Below are positions 11,432 to 25,166 of a DNA stretch of 43,144 nt, one piece after another (the stretch's first letter is position 1; the number at the start of each line of letters is the position of its first letter). Both the position numbers and the translations under genes were made by a program. A model generated the notes under the pieces. That model was not told where the DNA came from and did not search any database. It saw only the letters and a program-made list of their open reading frames with translations. The stretch is from Reclinomonas americana ATCC 50394 (Eukaryota), in contig PS015059.1 of assembly GCA_048213135.1 (NCBI GenBank), positions 106,231-149,374 of the forward strand, written 5' to 3'.

Positions 11432-13470
11432 ATGTTTGCAGCGCGATTGCGCCCGACGCACGCCGTCGGCGCCACACCCGGCGTGGTGTGGACGCCCTTT
11501 GGCGTGTACGCAGGGTGGATCAGCACCGCGCCCACAGCTTCGGGAGCCGCCGCCGCGACCGCGGCCGCCGCCACTGCAGCCTCGTCGGGTCACGCACAAC
11601 AGCAGCCGGCGGTGCTGCTGGAGACACTGCAGACGCTCGCCTCTCCACCACCACCCACCACATCGCAAACCGCAGCGGCCGCGGCTGCTGTGCTGGCCAT
11701 GCCCGCGGCTCCACACGCTATGCAATCGTCAATGTACCACGGAGGCACGTGGTACCCGCCGCAGCCGGCGCCCGCTATGTACTACCCGTGTGTGTACTAC
11801 GCACCGCCACCGCCACCACCACCAGCCGCGGTGGCGCACATGTTTGCTCCGCTGATGGCCACGGCCGCACCCACCGCCACGTACTACTCAACCATGGCGA
11901 CTGCTGCCTCGAATGCGGTGGCAGGGGCACCGCCACCACCACCACCGCCTATGAGCGGTGACAAAGGTGTGTGTGTGTGTTTGCGTATGTGAGCATGAGG
12001 AGATGGCCGACGACACTTTCGACTCACTCTCCTCTTGTGCAGCGAAACTGTCTGTTCCGCAGCAGTTTAGCGCATTGCAGCGAAAGTTGGCCGGCTCATC
12101 CAAGGCCTCGCTGAGTGAGTTGCACGAGATGATTCGCTCGTGCAACTCGCCGCGTGACTTGGACTATGTGCTTCAAATGGCCAAACAGTTGCGCCGCTTG
12201 CGTTGTGCATGCCTTCCGTTGGTGGCTGGCTTCTCACTCCCTCTCGTGTGTGCGGTGCAGGTTCCGCGAGAAGATGATCCCGACCACGGCGGAGACTCTG
12301 ACGCACTTCATTCAGGCATCGTGCCGCCTCGATGTCCCAGAGATGGGCCTCGATGCTGTCAAGCGCCACAAGGAACTGGGTGAGTTCTCAGCACGCCTTC
12401 TCACCGCTGAACGCAAGTCACTCATTTTTCCCCTTTCTTTGCGTTATGCAAGGTCTCGGTTTCCCGTCGCACCGCAATCTGAACTATTTGCTGTTCCGCT
12501 TCGCGGCTGTTGACAAGAACACGGAGCTGACGCGCGAGGTGTACGAAGTGTTTTTGAAGTCGAATGTCCTCCCCGATCGTCGTGCCACCGACGTACTGCT
12601 CCGCCACTTCATCTACAAGCATGAGTATGCGGCCACGTTGCCCATTTTCAATGTTGCGTCAGTCACTCACAGCTTACTGTTCTTGGTCTCTCTTCTTGTG
12701 CGAGGCTCTCTCTCTCCCTCTCCCTCTCCCTCTCCTCTCCCTCTCCTCTCCCTCTCCTCTCCCTCTCCTCTCCCTCTCCCTTCCCTCACCCCCGCCCTCA
12801 CCTTTCCCCACCCACCCACAGGAGCTGTGCGAGCTGTACGAGAACGCCTCGTCGGCAATGCTGTCGTCGGTGTCGGACAGCGACAGTGACAGCGGCGACG
12901 ATCACCCGTCGCCGTCGTCGTCCCACTCGGAACTGTCGTCGGTGGCTGGCTCGTCGTCGGCCGGTTCGTCGTCGCTCGGATCGCTGTCGTCGACCGCCAC
13001 CCGCTCGGCGCGCCCGTTCCTGCACAAGACCCTCGTGTTGCTGGTCGCTGCACTGCACTCGGCTGATTTGCACGCCGAAGTCTTGCAGCTCATGCAGCGG
13101 CTGCAGTCGGGGGCCAGTGGCATGGGCTACCGCACCGGCGGCGTGCTCGGTCAGTTTGAGAGCTGGGCCCTGGCGCGCTCGGGTGACGTGAGCGGCGCCG
13201 TGAATGCATTCGAAGCGTCTCTGGCACCAAAGGGTGAGTGCCTTTTATTACCTGCACCAAGCGTCCTCGTTGCTGTCGCGCGATTGCTGACGTTGTCTTT
13301 CTTCTTCTTCTTGTGTAGACACCCGACCCCATGAGGATGTCTCGGCATTCCTCCTGGAGCAGACGCGTGCCGACAGTGCGCTTCACACGCGTGTCGGCCG
13401 CGCCCTGTCGTCGGCTGGCTTCCCCCTGTCGGACAAGCTGAGCTCGGCCGTGGCTTCGGCCTCGGCTTGA
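11432..13470 (+). CDS. PPR-like helical repeat protein, probably mitochondrial; 6 exons
   Basis: Arg-containing, acid-free N-terminus MFAARLRPTHAV. PPR-like helices include PTTAETLTHFIQASCRLDVPEMGLDAV, PSHRNLNYLLFRFA..TREVYEVFLKSNVLPDRRATDVLLRHF. The spliced frame ends ..AVASASA*. Confidence 0.65.
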
Positions 13471-14349
13471 GCTTCCGCTTCTGTCTCTCCTTTCGGCTTG
13501 TGTGTGCTGCGCTTCACGCGCGCGTGCCCACGCGTTTGCACGGACACAGCTGGCAACCTACCACTTTGTTTGATTGTTAATTAGTCTTATCTTCCCCCTT
13601 GCTGCTTTTCTCGTCACTTGTGCTTGTCGTCGCTGCCGCCGCAGCCGCCAACCGTCCACACGCCACACTGCCAAGTTCGTATTGTTGAGTGCTTTTTCTC
13701 TATGGATCCGGCACTCGCTCAGTGTCTCTTTCCCGTCTCGTGATATTCGCACCGTGCGCACGCTCTCTCTCTGTTCTCGTGGGATGGCGGGGGGAGGAGA
13801 AGGGTGGCTGGTGCGGGCGCAGAGTTGGTGACCGGCGACTATGATGATTTCCCTGCCCTTCCAAGCTGTGGTTGATAGTCCGGCTTGGGGGGGGGACGCG
13901 GGAAACTCCTGGCACCTCTGCGTTTCGCACAGCCACCTTGTCTTCTTCTCTCTCTCTGTGCCTTCTCCACTCGTCTCGTCGCATGTTGTTGGTGGGCTGG
14001 AAGTGTTTGTGGGACACTGCTATTGTTTTTTGTAGGTCTCTCTTTTCTTGGTGTCTGTGTTTCGTGTGGCAATGGCGGTGTTGGCGGCGGTGGCGGCGGC
14101 GAGCACAAAGGGAAAGCAAGGGGAGTATGGTGGTTGCCTGTTCGTCGACGTGCGTGTGCGTGTGTGTGGTTGCGTGCCGCATGGGTGTACCGACGGGAGT
14201 GAAACAGACAAATACGAATGCTGCGACGTGCAGAAATTTTTCCTCTTTTTTATTCCACCAACAGACAGCCTCCCCAAACGCGGAGAACACATCCGTGTAA
14301 GAAAGCAAGTGATCACAGGCTAGCCGAGCGGGCACGAGGGATCCACCGC

Positions 14350-15213
14350 TTAAACATCGTCGAATGAAGCCACCTGCGGAATGGCCGACTCGGCTGCAAA
14401 ACACCAACAACAACAACGATGAGCTCACTCGACAAGAGAAAGAGCGACGCGCACGACAAAGAGACGCAACGGGCAGAGGAGGAGCCAGAGCCCGAAGCAC
14501 CAGCCTGCGCGCCTGCGGCCAATTGTGCCGCAAACTGTTGCAGACGAGTCTGCGATGATCACGGAACACGGAAGGAATGAGCAACCACACAACATCAGTC
14601 ATGCATGCTACGCGGAGGGATACGTACCACGTTCTCGCGGCCCAACTGCGGCAGAATGCCGGGCATGAGGTCCTGCAGCTGCTTCTGCTCGCCGTTGCCC
14701 TGGACGACGAAAATACCGGCGCCCACATTGTGCTACAGAAAAAAACAACGAGTATGAGCACAAGCTCAAACACAAAGAGTCGAGCACCACCACAACAACA
14801 CACCGAGACGCGCGGGTTCTTGAAGTGCAAAATGTCGCCGCTGTTGACAAACATGTTGACCTCTGATGCACGCAAGAGAAAGAGAGAGATGATGAGCCAA
14901 CAAAAAGCAGCTGCAATCACGCTCCTTTTTCAAGACCCACGCACCCTCAATGTCGGGAATGGGCTGCACATTGAGCTTCTTGAGGGTGCTCTGCAGCTTC
15001 TTGTCGATCTCGGCCGCCGAGCTGCGGTGCACCACCTTCTTCTTTCGCCTCATCGAGCCCTTGCCGCCCGTTCGCACAGATGCGGCCTGACAACACACCA
15101 AACGTGAGCCTCCCAGAAGAAAAGAGGGAGACAAAAGAGGGGAGACTGACCAGAGCACGGAGCTCCTCCAACTTGGCGTTGGTCTTCTTCGGCGCAACGG
15201 CGGCGTCAGCCAT
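14350..15213 (-). CDS. BTF3: Nascent polypeptide-associated complex subunit beta (BTF3), 6 exons
   Basis: [75 protein letters not shown]. Confidence 0.95.
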
Positions 15214-15352
15214 GGTTGTTTTGTAGTCTGAGCATGTGTGTGCGTGATAAGCATGATGGACAAAACGCGCTTATGTGCTCTCTCTCCCTCTATCGCTTCT
15301 CTTCTCGTTACACAAGACGAGCAGTGCAGACAGAGAGATCGCAAGACATGCC

Positions 15353-18300
15353 ATGACTGGGGAAGAAGGGATCGAGAATCGTACCGGTCACGTGGCGTTT
15401 GCGCACTCACTCACTCGCTCACTCATTGCGTGCACGCGCGTGTGTGCACAAGGAAAGAGAAGGATGTGAGAGAGAGAGCAACAGCGTTGCACGACAACGA
15501 GCACACGTGAGAGCGTGCGTGCGTGCCATGTTCACACATGCGCATCACACACACAACAACACACACACAGCGAGAGGAGAGACGATTGTCGTGCGCGTGT
15601 ATCACTCAGTGTGCGTGGATGAGCTGTGTGCACAGATAGCGAGAGAGACAGCGATCTGCGAGAAGAGCCTCGTCGCGCTGGACTGACCTTTTGGTGTTAA
15701 GCATCCGTCGGCCGGCGCGGACTGGTGGATTCCACACTTCGACGTCGCAACCCGCACTGCCGCTGTATCGTGTGTGGGAATGCAAGAGTAGTGGAGACGA
15801 GAGTGATCAGACGTGATGGGCACCCGCTCAGCGCTGCAACAGACGCGAAGTTCGAAAAGAAATTATTTTTGCTTTCTCAGCCTCCAGATCCTCAGCTCGA
15901 TCGCGCGGTCAGTGGCCGCAACCGCGCATTGCTAGTGCGGCACAGTTTGCAAGCAGCAGTGTCGACGACGACGCTGCATTTCCATTGTGACGTCGACGTC
16001 CTCCTGAACCTCGCACACAAAACACCCGATACGGTCGCTCCAGAGAGAGCGCACACAGGCCGCCTCGATGGTTCTCGACGACAGTGCGCCGCTGACTGTC
16101 ACCGACTCATCAGCGGCGACTACGCGGCATTTTCATCATCAAAGTCACAGTCATCGCGATGACAGAGCACTTCAATGGCAAGCCTCAAGTGGCTCGGCGG
16201 ACGACGAAAGTGAAGATGAGCGACGCGCGGGAAGCGGGCGCATGAGGAGAAGAGTGACTGCGCAGATGGGCGCGTGGGCGAGGAGCATCCCAGTTGAGCG
16301 CGCGCGTTTCTGTTCTGTCTGTCTTCTCATCTCCGTGGTGGCTTACACGTGTGTACGGTACAGCCCAAGTACTTGCGCACTTTGATTGGCCACATGCAGA
16401 CCGATGAGACTGTGCGAGTTGCGGAGTTGACTCCTGTGTTCCTTCTACGTAATATTCTTTGCACACGCCCCCAACTGACGACACCCTGCTGTGTTTTGTG
16501 CGTAGTGGGCGGAGAAGCCTCCGGTGGCGCGCATCATTCGAGTGCGTTTCTCTTGTGCTGTTACTGTTGCTGCGAGCGTGTGCTCTGACTCGCGTGTGTC
16601 CGTGCAGAGAGATCGTGCCATTCACGGCCTGTTCCTCACGTTTCTCGCGCTCATTTTGGTCACGCTCTCGCCGGTGGACTCCAAAGTCGGCTCATTATGC
16701 TGTGCGTGAGGGCTGCACGCTGGGTCACCGTGCTGCTGTGCAGGCTGATGACTTGTCTTTGTGCAGGTCTGCTGGCCTCGTTCCTGGCGATTATGATGGT
16801 GCTGGCATTTAGGAAAGTCGACGCCTGCTACGTGCTCACCACCAAGCGCGTGCTTGTTGCGTTTTTTTCTGAGAAGGGGAGAGAGTACCGCGCCCAGTGT
16901 GTGCTGAACGGCTGCGTCCAGATTATGACCCCCGCCGGCATCTTCTCCGATGAATCGTGCCTCACCGAAGCCTACGACATGGATCACGTGGCGGCAGCCG
17001 GCGTGCTGCGCTGCGATGGATACCGACCGCAGGTGTACTACACGCGGGAGGCACTGGAGGAGGCCACCACGATGAGTGGCGGCGGCGATTCCTCGTTTGG
17101 GTCGCCGGTGGGTGGGCAGTCCACTGGCGGCGGCCTGCTGTCGTATTTCTCGTCACCGGCACCAATCTCCTCCTCCTCGTCGTCGTCGTCATCAATACCC
17201 CAGTCACAGCCGTCGTTGCCACCATCGTCGTCATCGTCACCACCGCCACCACACGGCGCGGTGCTCACGCGTAGTGCAGTCACGCCCTCGTCGCTGTCGT
17301 CGGCGGCCGAGGTGGTGTCGGCACTGGCCTCGTTGCGCTGGCCCACCACGTGGTTCGAGGATGAGGTTGCGTACCGGTTCGGCGGATCGTGTTTCTTTTA
17401 CGACGGAGAGAATTGGCGAGGTGCGGCTTCATTCATGTGTTTTGCTGTTGACTGTCGGCGATGCCAGTTGTTCATGTTGGCGTGTGTTGAAGGTCTGTTC
17501 CACGTGAGTGATGTGCGGGAGGTGGCCGAGAACATTCGGGCGGCGGCCAACGCCAGCATCATGGAGCATTCGCGGAGTGAGGAGAGATTATATCGCCCTC
17601 CAGAGCAGTCTGCGGCCGTGGCATCAATCATGCCGCTGCAGCGACAGCTGCGCACCGCCATGTCGTTTCACCAGCAGCAACAACAACAACGTCACGAAGC
17701 AGCGTCTGTGAAACCGATGCCGCCCGCACCACTAGTACCCCCGACAATCGACTCAGGAGATGTCGATGCCGAGGGTCGAGGGGGAAAAGCGGCAGCGGCG
17801 CTCGACAGCCAGGCCTCGGCCGGCAGCGAAGGCGACGGTCCCGACATTTTCGAGTTTCTGCGCATGCGTCTGACGGAGCTCGGCAGCATCAAGTGCGTCC
17901 TGCTCTTGGAGGATCCTCGCGTTCGTGTGCACTCACGCCCTCCTCCTCCTCCTCCTCTCGCACAGACCACTCGGCAAGGGCTTCGCCAACTGGCTCGTCC
18001 GCCGTGAGCTCGACAATCTGCGACAACTGGCCAGCCTCTCCTCCTTCCTCGGTCTCTTCCGTTTTGTCGGCGTCGCTCTCGGCGTTGTCACCATCTACAC
18101 GCACGGACTGGGAACGGTGCTGGCCGACCTCAACTTTGTCTTTTTCCTGCTCGGCACGATTGTCTTTGTGTTCCTGCTGTTCCAGATGTTTTACGCGTTC
18201 ACCGTCGAGGCCGGCGAGTCACTACGCAATGGCAAGACGTGGTTTGTGTACTTGCCCACGGGTGAGGAGAGCGATGACGACGGTGACGATGACGACGATG

Positions 18301-18365
18301 ACGACGACGAGGATGAGGATGATGATGAGGAGGAGGAGGAAGCAGAGGACAATGTCCGCAAATGA
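15353..18365 (+). CDS. Hypothetical multi-pass membrane protein with a PH-like segment after a TM hairpin and an acidic tail; 5' exons uncertain, coding clear from ~16059
   Basis: TM segments [15 protein letters not shown] and [15 protein letters not shown] are followed by [13 protein letters not shown]. Two more TM segments lie at ~18030-18200, then a poly-D/E tail and TGA at 18363-18365. Confidence 0.6.
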
Positions 18366-18771
18366 AACAAATTGTGCCATTTTGTAAGCGTGTTGACTTC
18401 GGTGAGTGGGCGCTTCCTGCATGTCGGGCGATGTGCAGCAACGCGTGAGAGGCAGAGAGAGTGACAGAGGCACGGGGCAAAGAGCATTGCGCGTGATAAG
18501 AACGAGCGAGCAAGGAAAACACGTGCTCAGCAACACGTGCGCAACTGCTCTCGGAGAGTCGCTGCACATCAGCACTCTCTCTTCTCCCTCCATCGCACAC
18601 AGACTGCACACTCGCTCACACGTGCATCACACGCACATGCATGATCGCCGAGACACCGTTGACGCACAGAGAGAGAGCATTCACGTGTGCTGTGTGTGTG
18701 CACGCGATGACATTGCGACGCTCACTCCTCCTTCCCCTCTCTCTTCCCCCCCTCTCACACAGACATCAACA

Positions 18772-21700
18772 ATGGACGGAGGAGGCAGTAGTGACGTGGA
18801 CAACGCCGAGATTACGCGTTTCCGCGCCGATAAGGAACGCCTGGAGCGGGAGCTGTTTTCACTGCGGGAATATGAGTTGGCCGCGACGCGCGCCACCAAC
18901 TCGTTGTCTCCGCCCTCTGCGTATCACCACCATCACCACCCATCGCATCATGCGTACCCGGCGCACACGCCACCACAGAGAGAACGCGATCATGCGTTGC
19001 AGCAGTCGGGACGAGGCATTGGCGATGCCATGGATCACCTGCCGACGCGCTTTAGGTACATGCGATGCGGGGGCTGTGTGACGCCAGAGACGCTGCCAAC
19101 ATCGCTCACACATGCTGGTGTGTGTATGTGTGTTACCCACAGTGATACTCGCATTGGTGGCGGTGGTGGTGGTGGTCGTACGCCGACCGGTCCACCGCTG
19201 TCGGCATCGCACTTGGGAAACGGGACGCCGGTCAGCTCGGTGCTGTCCTCGGCGCGGCTGCCGGCGACTGGACGCAGTGCTTCATCGTCGTCGCAGCCGT
19301 CGTCGTCGATGGATCCGCTCGATGCCAAGTACTTGATGAATCCGGGTCTGTTGGAGGCCGAGGTTGCGCGACTCAAGCGGGAGCTGTCGTCGATGGAGCT
19401 GGAGGAGGAGCACATGCGTATGCGACGACAGCATGCGGAGCAGGAGGCGATTGCGTCGCACACGGCCTTGTACCTGCGTCGGCTGTCGGAGGAGGGAGAG
19501 CGCATCGAGGTGCGTTGTTTTTGTGGTTTTCATTCTTGTCGGCACCGTTGTGTTGGACCACACTCACCACGCGCATTCGACGACAGGAGGTTCGCAAGGC
19601 GTTGCGCAGCAAGTCACCGCACCGGCGGCAATTGTCGCCACCGGTGGCCAGCAAGGCGGCGGCGGCGGCGTCGTCGTCGTCGCCTCCGACTTTTAATGGG
19701 ACCGCCACCTCGTTGCGGTACGGAACGCCGGCTTCGGCAATGCCGTCGCAGCAGCCGCCGTCGTCGTCGCGATCACGTCACAGCGCACTGGCCACACCGG
19801 CCTCGGCTGCGGTGGCACCGCGCAGTGCCCCACAGTCGCTGCCGCCCATGTCGCAGGCCTCTCGAGGCAGCAGCGACGTGCTGAATTCACCGCTCAAGAT
19901 TCTTGAGACGGAGGACATGACGCACGATCAGCTGCACGCACACATTGAGGATCTGAAGCGGCAGGCCGCCTTCCTCGCCGAAGACATTGGCGATCTCGAA
20001 CGACGTGAGCAGATTCTCAATCTTGGCCGACCAGAGGTTTGTTTGTGCACTATCTCGCGTGTGGTCTCCTTATCTCGCATTCCACTGAATTCAATTCACA
20101 CAGTTCGAGACCGACGCTCGCTTTGCACTCTACGGTGGTGGTGGTGGTGGTGGTGGCGGTGGTGGTTCGCATGCGCTGTCGCACCTGCCGCCGCCGTCGT
20201 TGGCACCCATGTCCTCGTCATCAGCTCGTTCCATCTCGCCGGCGTCGTTCCGCGAGCATTCTCACTTTGCGAACGAGTATCCCGACGAGTACGATGCCCT
20301 CTCGCCCAGACATCGCTACGACAGTGACGGCTTTAGTGGCAGTGTCAATGGCGACCCGTCGGCGCAGCTCATTGAGCGAATGCGCCGCGAGAAGGTGCGC
20401 ATTGAGCGCGAGCTGCGCGGCCTGTCTCAGAAAGAGGCCTCGCGATGGGATTCGTTTGTGCGACAGCAGTTGCGTGCCCCCACCCCCGTTTTCTCATCGT
20501 CGGAGGCTGACTCGTCGTCGTCGTCGTGGTGTAGGGAGATGCGACGCACTGTGGAATCGCGCATCAGTCAGCGATCGCTGCTGCGTGACATGGATCCCCG
20601 TCGCCGCCGCCGTCGCAGTCGACGCAGTCGTTCTCGTCGCGATGCCAGCTTTGATGATTACGACGACGACGATGATGATGATGACGATGATGAGTACGAT
20701 GAGTACGATGGCGGCCGTGATGCGGACGCTGGCCCGCGACACTACGACAGAGAGACTGCGCTCAGTGGGCTGGTGCAGAATCTGCAGTCGGCCATTGCGG
20801 ATGTGCGCAAGTCTCGTGCTCGGTTGAGTGCCGCCGATTCGGCGCGCGACGCACTCGATTCGGCCGAGCGAGCGGCGTCGGAGCGAGAGCACGGCTCCCT
20901 GCTGCTCAGTCGCGGACCTGACGATCATGGAGGTACGTCATTTTCGCTGTTAATTTATTATGTTGTGTTTCCGATTTGCTGACCTCCTCCGACAGAGAGT
21001 GCGCCGCTGCCGCCCGATGTAGTGCCCGTCGAGGTCTCTGTGCGCATGTTGCCGGGTCATCGTGTGGTGTCACCGTTGCCGCCGCCGTCGCCGGAAGTGC
21101 GTCGCGAGATCGAGCTGGCGCACGAGCAGCACCAGCGCGAGCACGAGCAGCTGATGATTGAGCGCTTGTCCATTGAGCAGCAGGTCCGCCTGCTGCAGCA
21201 GCAAGTTGAGGCCAAGCAGCGCGAGGACCAGTTGGCGGCGGAGGAGGCGCTGCTGCGGGCGCGCCAGGAAGAGGAGGAGGAGGCGTTGCAGAGGGCGGAG
21301 CAGCAGCGGCATGAGGAGGTTGAGCGGCGGCATCGCGAACAGCAAGCGTGGCTGCAGCAGGAACGCGAGCGCGAAGAGCGCCGACAGATCGAGCTGCGCC
21401 GCCAGGCGCTGGAGCACGAGCTGCGAGTGGCCGAGGAGCGTGAGCGTGAGGAGGAGCAACGTCGGGCAGCTGAGGAGCAGCGTCTGAACGAGCGACAAAT
21501 GGAGGCACAGCGACAGGCCGAACAGCAGCGACATGCGGAACAGCAGCGACAGGCCGAGCAGCAGCGACAGGCTGAGCAGCAGCGACAGATCGAGCAGCAG
21601 CGGCAGGCAGAGCTGCAGTTGGCTGCCTTGCAGCAGCAAGTGGAGGAGGCCGAGCGACGGGCAGCCGCCGCCGCCGCCGCCGCCAATGCAGCTGCCGCAG

Positions 21701-24700
21701 CGAATGCCGCTCCCATTACCACTCCGACTTTTGCCGCGCCGCCCGTCGTCCCTCCGTCACCAGCGACTCCGCATCAGCCGCAGCAACCGCAACAACCGCA
21801 GCCGCCTGCACTCTGGGCTCCGTCCGTTCCGATGCCGTCCAGTCTCCCGGCACTGCCACCCCCACAGCAGCAGCCACAGCCGCCAGTGTCCGCTCCAGCA
21901 GCACCTGTGATTCCGGCGGCGCCACCACAGCCGACATTGCCGTCAATGGCGGCGAGCAACGCTGCCGTGGCCATCTCCACTACACCGGTGACAATACCAA
22001 AGTTGCCGACAATGGGTGGTGGTGCGCAGCAGTCTGCACCGATGGTGGTGCCAGTGGCCACGGCCGACGCTTTCTCGCCGCCTGTGGAGGTGACGCAGCC
22101 GAGTGCGCTGGTGACCAACGGCAGCAATCCGAATGGATCGCCGGTGGTGCCGCCACTGGCGCTCGAACGCGTGCACTTCCCGCCGTCGACCGCCGGCCCC
22201 ACCTCAGCGCCGTCGGCCTCACAGCATGCGGTCGCTGGCGGCGGTGCCTCACACAGTGTCAGCGGTCCGCTCACTGGCGCGAGTGCGTCGGGCGTGGTGC
22301 CCGGCGGCAGCAGTGGTGGACCGCTCGGTCGATCTGGGTCGGAGGCCAGTTTGCAGAGTGGTCAGTCGGGCTATGGTCCGCCGCTGAGCGCCGGCGGCTT
22401 TTACAGCAACAGCGGCGGTGCGCCGTCAGCAGTCTCGACAGCCAGTGGGGCGCCTGCACAAGCGCAGCAGATTCCGCCAGCACTGGAGCAGTCGTTTGCC
22501 ACCCACGATGTGCGCCGGTTGGATCCGTCGGTATGTTGTTTATGCAAGATTGATGATAGTGATTGTGTCGAGTCTCACTTTCGTTTGTTGATTGTGTGAC
22601 AGTCGCCCGAGTTCAACGCCGCCATGTCGTCCATTGCGATGATTCAGCGGTATCCAGAGGACGAAGTGCGTCAGCTGGCATTGCAGTACAGGAGCGACAA
22701 TGTTGGCGCTCCGGCAGCAGCAGCACCACCACCACCACCACCAGCAGCGGTTGCGCCGACTTCTGTGTCGGGCATCCATCCGGCGGTGCAGCAGGTGTAC
22801 GAGCACTACAATGCTGGAGCGCTGGAGCCGTCGGGCGAGCAATACGCGTGGGTGGTGAAGACCGCCACCGACAATGTGCACCTGCCGGAGGATGAGGTGC
22901 GACGGCAGTTCCGCGAGATTGCCAAGCGCAACGCCGTGCCGAACGATGCCGTGCGTGCGGAGTTCGACGCGGCCGGTGTGGCACGGCTGCCTGCCAACAG
23001 CATCGAGTACGAGCAGGCGGTGGGCCGGGCTTCCAGCAACGCTCAGGTGCCGGCTCAGGATGTGCGCCAACAGTTTGAGATGCTGCGAGCGATCGATCCA
23101 GCAATGCTGGACCCGCGACTCGCGCAGGCGTATCGCGATCTGTTTGTGGGCCTGATGGACGCGGAGGTGTGTGGCGCGCACTCAGTCGCTTGTTGTCGTT
23201 GTGTGTTTGTCGAGCCCTCACGCGCATTTTGCTCGGTTAGGGTACCGAGTTTGCCGACGTGTGTGAACGAGTGTCGACAGACACGGCGCTGCCTCTGCGG
23301 CAAGTGCAAGACACGTTTGTGCAGTTGCAGCAACAGCAGCGTGCACTGGAGATCAACTTGGCGGTGGTGCAGGCGTTTGAGCAGCACGGCGTGCAGAATG
23401 TCGATGTTGCGTGCGAGTTCCTTCCGTGTTGTGTCCACAATGCAGGCTCTGACAACGTGTCACTCACACAGGCGAGATCACCGGCATTTGCCGCCGCCGT
23501 GTCGGCGGCCACCGAGCAGGCCAACCTGCCGCAGGGTGACGCATTCGATCAGATGGTGGAGCTCAAGTGGCGACGACCACCGGTGACAGGTCCGACGATT
23601 GCCGATTTGCTGAACGAGATCCGTGGCGGCCACATGCTGAAGAAGCTCAGCCGCAACAACAAGTTGGTGGATCGGTTTGTGCGTATCATTGGCACAGACG
23701 AGGCACCGAAGCTGGCCTGGTCGGCCAACAGTCGATCGCGGCCATCGCAGACATGTTGCGTTGTGCGAGGGAATGCTGCTGCTGCGTGCGGGCGATCCTC
23801 ACATTCTCTGATGCGCAGTCGATGTCAAGTCATTCTCTGGTGTGGAGGAGGGCGGGCAGGGCGCCATGTTTAATCGCTTCTTTGGTCGGTCGTCGGTGGG
23901 TGGGCGCACCGATCGTTCGCTCTGCTTCTCCATCATACAAGGCGGCGATCGCGAGACACTGGATTTCGTGGCGCCCGACGCCGAGTCGGTGAGTCCCCTC
24001 ATTCCCGTTTTTCTTGTAATCGGCTTCAACGCGACACAGACTGATGAAAACGTGAATTGCAGCACTCGCACTGGGTGCGTGGTCTGCGCGCCATCATTGA
24101 GGGTCACGGTGCGGAGACTGCGCCCGCTGCTGCCGCCGCGGAACCGGACTTGGAGTCGACGGCGACGCAAATGGGTATCGACACGAGGGACTGGGACGAG
24201 GACAAGCGCACGCAGTTCTCGCAGCTGTCATCAACACAAAAACGCGAGTATGCGGAGCAAATGAGAAAGTTTTACGAGGACCAGCGGGCGTATGAGCAGC
24301 ATGTGGCGGCCTTGCAGGCAGCACCACAGCAGCAGGGTTCACGTCCGAACTCTTACCGCGAGCCGTCGCAGCGCGCAAGCGCACGGTGAGTCTCTTTTGC
24401 TTGCGTGCCCTCGGTGTCTGCCCGCTCACCTCGCTCGCGCACGCAGTGACGATGCGGCGCGTCTGTCCACGGCAAGCCTGCCGCCAATGTCGTTTGGTAG
24501 CACTCCGCGGCAGAACCTGGCGCCTGGCAGCGTGTCGTCAGCAGCGTCGTCTGTCGGTGGCTATCCCCCCGCACCCTTTGCCACCACTCCAATCAGCGGC
24601 GCGGGTGCCGGGTTGACCATGTCGCAGCTGGCACCAGCACCGCTGGCACCACTACCACCACCACAGCAGTCATCGGCATCTGCTGCACCGCCCTCTCTCT

Positions 24701-25087
24701 ACGCACAGCCTCCGGCGCTGAGCATGTCGGCGCCACTGCAGCAGCCGGTGCAGGCACCGAGTGCACCGTGGAGCTCGGTTCCGCCACCACTCCAGTTGCC
24801 GCCACTGTCGGCTGCCCCGTCGACGTTGAAGTGAGTCACTGTGGATGGAGAGTATGAGAACCGTGGGGAGAGTACGTTGAGTCTTACTGTTGTTGCTCGC
24901 GCGCAGTGCCATGGGAGCATCGTCGTACGCACCACCGGCGACAACTGCGTCGATGGCGCCGTACGCCTCCAGTCTGTCGTCTTCGGCGGTGTACGGACAA
25001 CCGGGTGCGTCGCCGTACGGACAGTCATTGTATGGACAACCCGCTGGCGCACCATACGGGCAACCCGGCGGTGCGCCTCGATTGTAA
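18772..25087 (+). CDS. Large coiled-coil and Pro-rich protein with a PLC-type PH domain near the C-terminus, multi-exon
   Basis: Coiled-coil exons (ERLERELFSL; EAEVARLKRELSSM; EQ/ER-rich 21100-21660). The spliced PH domain reads IRGGHMLKKLSRNNKLVDRFVRI..LAWS..VEEGGQGAMFNR..CFSIIQGGDRETLDFVAPDAESHSHWVRGLRAII. Confidence 0.75.
21508..21613 (+). repeat. Coding 18-bp tandem repeat (Q)QRQAE, about 6 copies
   Basis: Units like cagcagcgacaggccgag encode QRQAEQQRHAEQQRQAEQQRQAEQQRQIEQQRQAE. Confidence 0.85.
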
Positions 25088-25166
25088 GAAAAGCATGCGA
25101 TGTGGCGCTCGCGGCGAGTCTTTTTGTGCCAAAAGAAAAGTGTACGATGATGATTTGGTGTACGCT

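Noticed and set aside
13471-14349. Possible small gene between the convergent PPR-like and BTF3 genes
   Set aside because: I could not build a consistent exon chain or recognise a product; probably 3' UTRs.
21057-21722. Cys-rich minus-strand ORF (CRCCSA repeats)
   Set aside because: It is the antisense shadow of the QQRQAE coiled-coil repeat on the plus strand.
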